Positions 12,091-21,716 of a stretch of DNA of 41,273 nucleotides are shown piece after piece. Within the stretch, counting starts at the first letter, position 1. Each line of letters begins with the position of its first letter. The position numbers and the translations under genes were made by a program. Origin of the DNA: Ascoidea asiatica JCM 7603 (Eukaryota > Fungi > Ascomycota); NCBI GenBank assembly GCA_001600695.1, contig BCKQ01000002.1, positions 1-41,273 on the forward strand, written 5' to 3'. A model generated the notes under the pieces. That model was not told the DNA's origin, did not search any database, and saw only the letters and a list, made by a program, of their open reading frames with translations.

Positions 12091-12768
12091 TTAATTTTTT
12101 TTGTCATATTCATGTGCATTTGGGACATGACTTTTAATAGTGGCTTTATCGTCAATCCAAAGAGATGTACCGGAAACATTACTCATTGAATTTTCCATTC
12201 TAACGCTTTTTTGAAATTCATTTGTCACTTCTTCAATGGTTATTGGTTTGACATTTTTTTCTTCTAATTGTTTTCTTAACATTGCAATATGTAATGCCAT
12301 CCTCATTTCTCTTTTTTGGTAATTTCTTCGTTCATTTAAAATTTGAAGTTCTCTTTTTTTTCTAGCATTATTGAAAGATAATTGTGCAATGGCTAATGCT
12401 TTATGGTTGGAATTGACTTGTTCTAAAACTTTTTGTTCTAATTCTTTTCTTTGATGATAATTATCTACAGCGAAATATATTATTGATAATACTGCTATTG
12501 AAATTGCAAAATCTTTGAATCCTTTTTCCTTATTATTTCGACCGCTTTTAATTTCAGAAAAATTTTCTGTATCATAAGCACCTGCATTTAAATTTATATT
12601 ACTATTTCTATGATTGTTATTTTTAATATCATTGTTATTGTTATTGATGTTACTTTGTAGGTCTTGAAAAGAGTTCACATCTGAGAAATATGTTGGTGGT
12701 TTAGGATAGAACTTTTGAGCAAAATTGGACAAGTTTCTTATTTTAGAAAATCTTACGAAGTTATTCAT
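12091..12768 (-). CDS. Probable mitochondrial single-pass membrane protein with coiled coil, function unknown
   Basis: 225-aa ORF with an Arg/Ser/Phe-rich presequence-like N-terminus (MNNFVRFSKIRNLS), one TM (FAISIAVLSIIYFAV), a basic coiled coil and a downstream Puf3-like site. Confidence 0.75.
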   Translation of the reverse strand: MNNFVRFSKIRNLSNFAQKFYPKPPTYFSDVNSFQDLQSNINNNNNDIKNNNHRNSNINLNAGAYDTENFSEIKSGRNNKEKGFKDFAISIAVLSIIYFAVDNYHQRKELEQKVLEQVNSNHKALAIAQLSFNNARKKRELQILNERRNYQKREMRMALHIAMLRKQLEEKNVKPITIEEVTNEFQKSVRMENSMSNVSGTSLWIDDKATIKSHVPNAHEYDKKN

Positions 12769-14418
12769 TATTGTATAGTTTTAAATTTCGGAATAAAAAA
12801 TTAGATTTTATATACTTTCTAATTTTCGAATTTATGTTCAATTCAATTTTTCTTCTATCATTATCGTTGTAAACACTTGTAGAATGAGATTTGGATGAGT
12901 TAATAAGTGGTGCCATAAAAATAACGGTAGCGTTTTATATTTATCAATCTCTACCATAAGGGTTCCGCACTTGTATGACATTGACAATTGTCAGTATGAG
13001 AGTAAAAGTAGTTTCAATAACTTTGAAGTAAAGTTTTCAACTTGTTATCATAACAGTATGTGTAGCCTGTATTCTGGTATAAAATATTATATTAAATATA
13101 TTGAAATCTTACATTTTTAGATAATTAAAATATAAAAAATATGACAAATATGAAAAATTATAAGTTGAAACAGTAGATGAGGATTCAGAAATGTAAATCG
13201 GTATTGAACTTTCATTAAATTGAGTAAAAATTATCTTCAAGAAATAAATTCAATTAATAAGTAGAATGTTTTGTATAAAAATGTGAATGAAAAATTAGAA
13301 ACCCACTAAGATTTCAGAAATAAAAACTACAAAGTAAAGTGTTGCTAGAAAAATGAAAAGGTACAGCGTAAATAATATTGAGACAACAAAATTGAAAATA
13401 GAGCTTTAAGGAAAATACAGGGCGGTTCTTTTTTAAGAATTCTGTATAAATGATTTGAAATATAAAGAAATAGTGTAGATGATGAATTTAGATTTAAATA
13501 AGGAAATTTCGTAAAACAAAAAACAAAAAGACAGAAAAAAAGTGTTATTCAAAATCATGTCGTATCAAATATTACCATCTTATCATTTTGACAAGAAAGT
13601 TGGAATCAATTGAAAAAAGCTAATATTTATATAAGGAGCAGTAATCTATTCAAAAAAAAAAGATTGGTTTGTGAATATTATAATCTCTTTTATTCAAAGG
13701 CAGAATAACAAAAATAGCTTTTTTTTATAAAAAAAACAAGAAGAAAAAAAAAGAGTTTTAAAATTGAGTTGAATTTACTTTATTAAAATGTTTTGTTCAG
13801 TATAAGTATATAAACAAAAAACAAATTCTTCTTTTTAAAAGCTTTCTACGGTTTAACTTATTTGCTGAATTCCAAAAAAGTTCTAATAATTAAGCTATTA
13901 TCCATTTTTATTTTCATTTTGCTTAATTTTTAATAAAGGTAACATAACTCAAAGTCTATCATCAAGAATAATTGTTTTTTTATGATGGTCCTCCTCCTTC
14001 TGCCATTTTCAAGATTTTTATTCAGCATTTTGATACAAGAGCATAAAAGCTCACTACTTGTTTTAAAAACTATTCAAAACTTTAAATTCTTTATTGAATA
14101 AAGTAACAATTCTCAGAAGAATTTACCTACCGATTGATTGAGAGTATAACTTTAAAGAAAACTTTCAAGCTCTTCTAAGATCTATATTTACCTAAATAAA
14201 CAAATGAGTGTAAGCTCTACATACATACCTCTCTACTTCGACTTCGGCTAAAACGAAATGCTTAAGGTCATCTGTGATACTCGGTTGTGTTGTGTATCAT
14301 TTGCAACTATGTGCTTCACAGTGATTTTCATTAAAAGAGGAATGTGCTATGAAAAAGTGAAAGAGTCAAAAAGCTGTGCAAATCTACATTGCGGGGTGAC
14401 TTGAAGTGGGTACCACAG

Positions 14419-14642
14419 ACAGAACGCGTAAATATGAACTTTCACCAAAACTTGTCGCGCGCTTAACCAGAGTTAAAAAAAAATATGTTAGCTGGTGTAA
14501 GCAGCAGTACATCTTTTTACGCGAAAAACCTTGTTTTGAAGAAGTTGCGTTCAGGATTTTCAGTTTTAGCGTATAACTTTCAAATATTGCTTTAGCAAGG
14601 ATTTTCAGCGACAATCAATTGCGCGATTATCACGCGTTCTGT
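14419..14642. promoter_or_regulatory. Cluster of MCB/SCB-like (MBF/SBF) elements
   Basis: ACGCGT at 14424 and 14632, ACGCGAAA at 14519, and extra CGCG cores near 14456 and 14622 in CpG-poor DNA. Confidence 0.55.
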
Positions 14643-16829
14643 AATGTTAGTGTTAGTGGCCATTGCAATGAGCGAGTTTAAAATAGTTATAATGCAAACG
14701 TGCTGCTTGTTACCGTTTTTTACTGCATAGCACAGTGGTTATTGTGTACTCTTTATAATACTGTACTCATGTATAATTATTATGCTTACGAGATCTTTAA
14801 ACTGGTATAATTGCAATTTTTATTCAGCCTGTTTGGGTTTTGTTGGTGAATTGAATAAATCCCGTATGCATTAAGCCTCTTTGATACTACTGTATGGCCG
14901 TAGTTGCTTTTCCTATAGGAAGTAGAGTTACTAAAGTAGCTTTAGGCTATGGTGAACATACTCGCAGCCTATATCTCCCCAAAGGGAGGTTCAGCACAAT
15001 TGTTACGATAGCTGCTGAGAGGTCTGAAATAATCAGACTACAATATGTATATGCTCATTCATCAAAGTATAAAAGGATTCCAAAATGTCCCATTAGAAAT
15101 AATATTCCATTAGAAACAATATTCATAATCAATAATGGTGCTTAAAATGGGAAAGCAAATTCTTTTCAAAATTATAAATATCATGATCTGCAATGCAATG
15201 AATCATTGATTTGATTCATCTAATTTTTTTCCTTTTTTTTTTTTTTTATTCCGAGATGTAACGTATGTTAATATTTTTTAGGTGCACCAATATTTTCAAT
15301 TTGGCTAATCTTACCATTATTACTGAATTTTACATCATATATATAAAACAACACACTAGTTTTAATATTGTCTTGAGACTTATCTACTTTTAGATCTAGA
15401 TAAATATTTTCTATATTTCTTTGAATAGTATAGTACTATGAAAAGCCATTAACTGTATCTCAAGTTAATGCTATACTAAAATTAAGAGATTGTAAAACCC
15501 GAGTTATCATACGCTAAAGATGAAATGGTAATTAATTTTAATTTTAATTAATTTTAATTAATTTTAATGCTTTTATATTAATGCATATATATTTTTTCGT
15601 TTCCTAAAAAAATGTTACTCTAGTAGAGTAGTAGCCTATCAAAATATTTATAATTAACGTTACCTTTAAATTTTTTCTTCATGTTTTAATCTATACTACT
15701 ACATAATCTTTATTTCAAAAGCAAAATTTGTCTCAATTACTTAATCTTTTTATATATTTAAAAAAGCTGGCTAGTGTTTCAGATACAATTTGAATATAGA
15801 ATTGATTAATTTGACTAATCAAAACCCTAGCCTTACTGATAAAAAACTTTTCACAGACTTTTTTCACATTGAGAGTATTGAAAAATAATTCATTTATGAT
15901 TTTGATTGAAATTTGTATTGAATAAATTCAGACCTATGACGATTCATATCTTAAAAGGTTATAATATTTAAGTTAGGATTTTGGAGTTATTCAGTTACAG
16001 TATATTAAAGTATATAAAAGCACATTAATATACAAATACTACTATCTAAAAAAATCTATTTTTCTAAAGAAATATTTGAAATTTAACTTTTAGCACTAAA
16101 TTATTTCAATATTTTATTCCTTCATACAATTTTAGCTCAAAATTGACCTTATCAATTTCACTTAAGCTCACACTAAATTCAACTAAATACAAATTAATTT
16201 TTTAATTCTTAATAATTAAAAAATAAAATAATTTACCATTTATTTCCACTTTATTTTTTTTACTTTTTTCATGATGCTTTAATTATTATTTTTTGAATTT
16301 TTTTTGAAAATGCAAACTCCTTTTTGTAAGACTTTCTCAAACCTATAAGAAATCTGACTTAATATATTGAGGTTTCCGAAGTTGACATTAATTCCATATT
16401 TGTCTAATCACCAAAAGAGCTAATAATAAATTTCTATAGAATCATACTAAGCTACAGTTAATTGTTTCCCTACATTTGAAATTGTCTTTAACTCTTTATT
16501 CTCTCACAACAATTACATTGATAGTTGATTAAAATATTAATTTATTGAATATCATAGAGTTTTAATGAGAATTATATAAATAAAGGGTATTATATATCAA
16601 CTGTGCTATCTAATTCCTTAATCTTCAAAAAAAAAAAAAAATAAAAATTGAAATGAACATTTGTAGCAGACCATCTAATTTCAAAAAGAAATTTATATAT
16701 TACGAAACAATTATACCATATAAGAGATGAATATAGAAATTTAAGAAATCTCAATTGTTTTTTTTTTGATTTATATTTAAGCTTGTAATTACGTAATTAT
16801 CAAATCATGTATAATAGATAGTATTGAAA

Positions 16830-18185
16830 TTAAGGAGAATATATTTTTTTTTTTCTATTCAGAGAATTATGTAAACCAAAAAATTTCAGTTTACATATCT
16901 CATTTTCAAAAAAATTGGTATGAGTATCAGAGTTAATTTGAGTATTGAGCTCATTTGTAAAATGATTGATATTAGCTTTACTATCACTATTATAATTTTT
17001 TGTTTTATTATTTTTATTACTATCACAATTAGTATTATTACCATCATTATTAGAACTATCAGATATAACTATTCTAGAATTTGAAGAGAAATTTGAAATT
17101 GAAATTGAATCTGTAGTTATAATTGTCCTTGAATCATTATTTGAATCTAATTCACTTAATGTTCTTGCAGGACTTGATTTTGTAGAAGATATTTGTAAAG
17201 TTTTTTGCGGAGAAGATTCACAAGAAGTGAACGTATTAAAAAGATTTTTAGAGTTCAAATTTGATGAAGAAATTGAGGTCTTTGAAGAGTTAGAATTATT
17301 TGAATTATTTGAGTTATCCAAAATATTAGAATTTTCCAAATCTACTGAAGAAACAGAAGATATATTTGAGTTGAAAGAAGAAGTTGATTTTGATGATTTT
17401 TGAGAATCTTTTGATAGCCTTCTTCCTTCAATAGACTGATTTGATAAAGTAGAAGAAAGTGAAATTGGAATATTATTACGACTAAAAATTTCAGAATTAT
17501 TAGAGTTGTTAGAATTATTAGAATTATTAGAATTATTAGAATTATTAGAATTATTAGAATTATTGGAATTATTGGAATTATTAGAATTATGTAAATCAAG
17601 AGTACTTATTTGATTATTTGATACTATTATTGTTGATGGAGAATGAGATTTTGGACTTAAAGAATTTGTATTGACAGATATAATGCTCGAAGGTCTTTTT
17701 TTCTTTGATTGTTGTTGGGAAATTTTATTGAATATAATTAAATTGTTTGAATTGTTAGAATTACTTAAATTAATTGAGTTAATTGAATTTGATTTTTTGA
17801 CTAATTGATTTAAATTGAATATTTGATCTTTTTGAGAATCAATTTGATCAATTTGATCATTAATTAATTTTTGTTTTTGAGAAATTATAGTTGATAACTC
17901 CATTTTATTTTTGATTGTTTTTGATAAATTTTTTTCAAAGTTTAAATTGAAAGTTTTATTTAAAGTAGATAAATGATTTTTGAAATTTGAATTGAAAGAT
18001 TTTATTTTAGAGAGGTCATTTTTAATTGAAAGAATATTTGATAAATAATTTGATTTTATGTTGATTAAATTATTCTTTAATAATTGAATTTCATTATCTT
18101 TGTTTGATAATTGAGATTTTAAATCCTTAATTTCAAGAATCAAAGATTTATATGTATGATTTCTATTATTAATATTAAGATCCAT
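16830..18185 (-). CDS. Hypothetical protein: N-terminal coiled coil plus Ser/Asn-rich disordered region
   Basis: 451-aa ATG-initiated ORF in very AT-rich DNA, with a heptad pattern in the first ~130 aa and no recognised family. Confidence 0.75.
   Translation of the reverse strand: MDLNINNRNHTYKSLILEIKDLKSQLSNKDNEIQLLKNNLINIKSNYLSNILSIKNDLSKIKSFNSNFKNHLSTLNKTFNLNFEKNLSKTIKNKMELSTIISQKQKLINDQIDQIDSQKDQIFNLNQLVKKSNSINSINLSNSNNSNNLIIFNKISQQQSKKKRPSSIISVNTNSLSPKSHSPSTIIVSNNQISTLDLHNSNNSNNSNNSNNSNNSNNSNNSNNSNNSNNSEIFSRNNIPISLSSTLSNQSIEGRRLSKDSQKSSKSTSSFNSNISSVSSVDLENSNILDNSNNSNNSNSSKTSISSSNLNSKNLFNTFTSCESSPQKTLQISSTKSSPARTLSELDSNNDSRTIITTDSISISNFSSNSRIVISDSSNNDGNNTNCDSNKNNKTKNYNSDSKANINHFTNELNTQINSDTHTNFFENEICKLKFFGLHNSLNRKKKIYSP
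17493..17590 (-). repeat. 9-bp coding minisatellite (TCTAATAAT)n, about 10 copies, encoding (SNN)n
   Basis: AGAATTATT tandem units on the + strand. Confidence 0.9.
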
Positions 18186-18725
18186 TTTTGATAGAATTGA
18201 TGAAGGATTATATGATTATACTTCAAAAAAACAGGATGAAGAGATAATATTATATTATAAATATTATTAATTGTTGATTATTGATTATATACCTTATAAA
18301 ATATTTAATATAAGATAAAGCTTTTGATAAAAAAAAGAAAAAATATTTGAATTTTGAAGGCAGAATTGAGGATAAACAAAGAAAGGATACGAAAAAAAAA
18401 AGGGGAACGGTTAAATATATACCACAGTAATGTATTGCAGTGCTGTGTATCAAATATTGAATAAATATGGTAAAAGTTTAAGATAAAAGTGTAAATTCAA
18501 AAAGGTTTAGAAAGAAATTAAGAAAAGAAGTATCACGAATAATAAAAATTAAAAAATGAAAATAAAAATAAAAATAAAAATAAAAATGCCAGATAAGTCA
18601 AGTAAATAAAGGTCAGGAAATACCCAATTGAAATACAGTAACGTTATTGTAAGAAAGATTAAATCCAGTACAGATATTGAGTGTGGATTGTGGAAGATCA
18701 GGCTCTGAGATCAAAGCAGAAGTTG

Positions 18726-18757
18726 GTGGTGTAGTAGTGGTGTAGCAGTGGTGTAGC
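18726..18757. repeat. 11-bp tandem repeat (GTGGTGTAGYA)x3 at the start of a GC-rich island
   Basis: gtggtgtagta gtggtgtagca gtggtgtagc. Confidence 0.8.
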
Positions 18758-21716
18758 CCTGGCGCGGGAGGGCTGCTGGCTAACCGAATACCTGCGCAGC
18801 CCCAGTCTCAACACTCCTCGTACTCGACCGACACTCGGGCATTTTACCAGTTTATCATGTTAGAAATTTTAGTTCCAATTCCAATTCCAATTCCTATTCT
18901 CACTCTTCATTCCCATTCTTTTCAGGAGCATCAATGATAAATATCGCATTAATAAAATATTTTTCTTTTCTTATTTCTTATATTTCATCTCATATTTCAT
19001 TGCCCGTTTCTACCTTCCAGTTTCTTTAGCGGATAATTTCAAAGCATTAAGCATTCCAAGAAAGGCATTGACCACTTTTTACCATAATATATGGCAGTTT
19101 GATGAAATGACGAAAGAGTGCTAAACTTAGGACTACCTCCTGTTTTTTAATAATTGTATGATACTCTTAATTATTTGATAATTAAGAAAATTGAAACAAC
19201 TCATAATCACTAACCTTACTACTTTGGGAGTGCAATTGAAAATTTTAGCATTAGATCTTTCTATCCTATAATTTCTTTAAGTAACTTCCCATAGTATAGT
19301 AAAACCTTTTGGGTCTTTGTTTCCCGTTTTGATTCTTTCTAGACAGTTTTGTTTTCGACTCTTACCTATATTTCACTTTTTTTCACGTCCTTTTTGCAAA
19401 ATTTAAATTTTTGAGTAATAAAATCTCGTAATGGAAATAGCTCAACGATCACCGTTTTTAAAGTATCATCTTCCTTGCACCACACGATTATTCTAGGTAG
19501 AAGCTGTCCACCGAAAGTTTTGCACAGAGTTATACCTGAACTAACTACAAACAACATTTGCGCTAAACCTACTTTAACATTTGTTTTCGTATTAATGCAC
19601 CAATAGGCACAACGTATAATAAAGTGAACAAATGTTTTTCGTAACGTTATAATAAAATTATTTTAGAAAAGAAAAGTATTACAAAGCAGGTACACATCAT
19701 TAAGAGGCAAAAATTGATTTTGATTAGCTTACGAGCACTTCTAAAAATCCATTCCTAAATTAAAATTGTTCAAGGTATCTGAATTCTGATTTAATTATAA
19801 CTACTAAGTTTTTTTATATATAATGAAAATTATAACCTTATAGAAATATAATATTTATTAAGACTTATAAAAGAGTAAATTTCACAATACTACTACTGCA
19901 CCAGAAAAATGTGAGAATCAAAATATTCTCTTAATTTTTATCCTTTAAAATGATAAAAACAATATTTTTTTTTCTTTTAACCCTTAGGTGTTTTCATAAA
20001 TTACAGCCCTAGTTTGTTAAAGTCACTAATGGAAAATGATAGTAAATTTTTATTTCTTACAAAATAAATAAAAATATAAATTTGAATATAGACATTGGGA
20101 AGATATATATCCTTTGAAATTATCTTTTGTTTTTTTCTTGAATCTTTTCAGAGATATGTAAAGCCAAATTTTCAGTTAAAGCTGCTAATATGCTTTTATT
20201 TTTTTTTAATTCAATGCAAAATAACCATTTGAATTACTTTCAAGAAAATCTTCAAGCCTACATATATTTCAGATAATATTGCTCTTCTCCTTATGATTCA
20301 TCTTTATGACTGAATCTATAACTACCAAGTAAATGAAACTTAACAAATTTTTTAAAATTAAAACATTATGTCTCGAATATTTGTCTTGAGTACAACGGTA
20401 CTATAAAAGAAATAACAAAAAAAAGAAGAAATGGTGATAGGTCAATTAATTTGAATTTAACCTCTCTGGATGGTGTTGAATCTGATTATGAGATCTAATT
20501 TAAAATTTTACTAATGTTCATTATAAAACAATTACATTTCAAGTTACAACCTTTTTCAGCTTGGATTGAAAAAAACGATATAAACTATCAACTCGGTTAA
20601 TATGAAACAACTTCAAAGAATACTTTTTCCAATAAAAACATCTTTATTGAATTTAAATAAATAATTAATATTAGTTATTAATTGCATTTGAAGATTGTAA
20701 AGTCCTTATTCGGACTGTATTAGCAGTATTTGAGACCTACATAATTAGATAACTCATGCTAACTATTACAGATTCATCTTAAAAATAAAAAAATAAATAA
20801 AATATCTCTAAAAGTGAAATCAATTGAAATAAAACAAATTTAAAAATAATCAAAACACAATTAAATCATTCTGTTTCTGTAACACATCTTTTATAAGCAA
20901 CTTGAAATAGCGCTTTTGTGACATGACAATATTGTCAAGCATATAATGAATTATGGTTATAAATTACTACAGTACTGATCCTCGAATCTTTAATTGAAAA
21001 GAATAGATAAAGTTATTTGTAAAAGGTTTTATTTCAATAGAAATTGTAACTGGTAAGTGCTTACGTAACTTACTTATTAAACTTGTGTCAAAATGCATTT
21101 CAAGGTATAACCAGTTTTTTTTTTGAAGCCGTTTAAACTCTAATATCCGTCCATGGTTTTTCATCCGGTAAAAGACCAAAGTTCCAGACCGCGGATTCTA
21201 CTGTCCTAATTGGGCTACCATGTGCTCAACCCACATGCCCTATTTAATGCTTCAGAATATAATAGCGTTATTCTGAAGTTACATGTAACGAACTGGCTTA
21301 GAAAATAACTTCCATTAATAACACCCATTTACTTTCAAGCAATTAGACCCAATTAGTTTTTTTGACGTTTTGTCAAGAAATCTTTCAAAAAAATGATCCA
21401 AATAGTCACCATATCAAAAATCATTAATTATAATTTGTATTTTATTCAATATCAGTAAATTTAAAAATTTCTCATCTTGAAATAACTTTATTGTTTTCTT
21501 CTTTCAAATTTTGCATATCAAGTATTTTATAAACTAGAGGAATTATTTCTTTTCTAACTTTTTTTTATTTATTTTTAAAAAAAAATATTATAATCAAAGA
21601 TTGAAGTTACATTTAATTATCTTATTCTTAATAATATGAATCATTTATCTTATATAAATCAATGAATAAGTCTAAGAAATTATTATTATTTAATATTATT
21701 TCTTTATTTGCTAAAA

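Noticed and set aside
14384-15145. 76-aa and 83-aa ORFs in the gap
   Set aside because: No recognisable motifs or codon bias; expected by chance in the GC-richer island
15150-16800. Very AT-rich stretch as a possible point centromere or LTR remnant
   Set aside because: No CDEI/CDEIII arrangement, no TG...CA repeat pair and no transposon coding remnants seen
20360-20500. Protein-like 45-codon open stretch (KHYVSNICLEYNG...DYEI*)
   Set aside because: No start codon or convincing splice acceptor and no recognisable homology; too short to call a pseudogene
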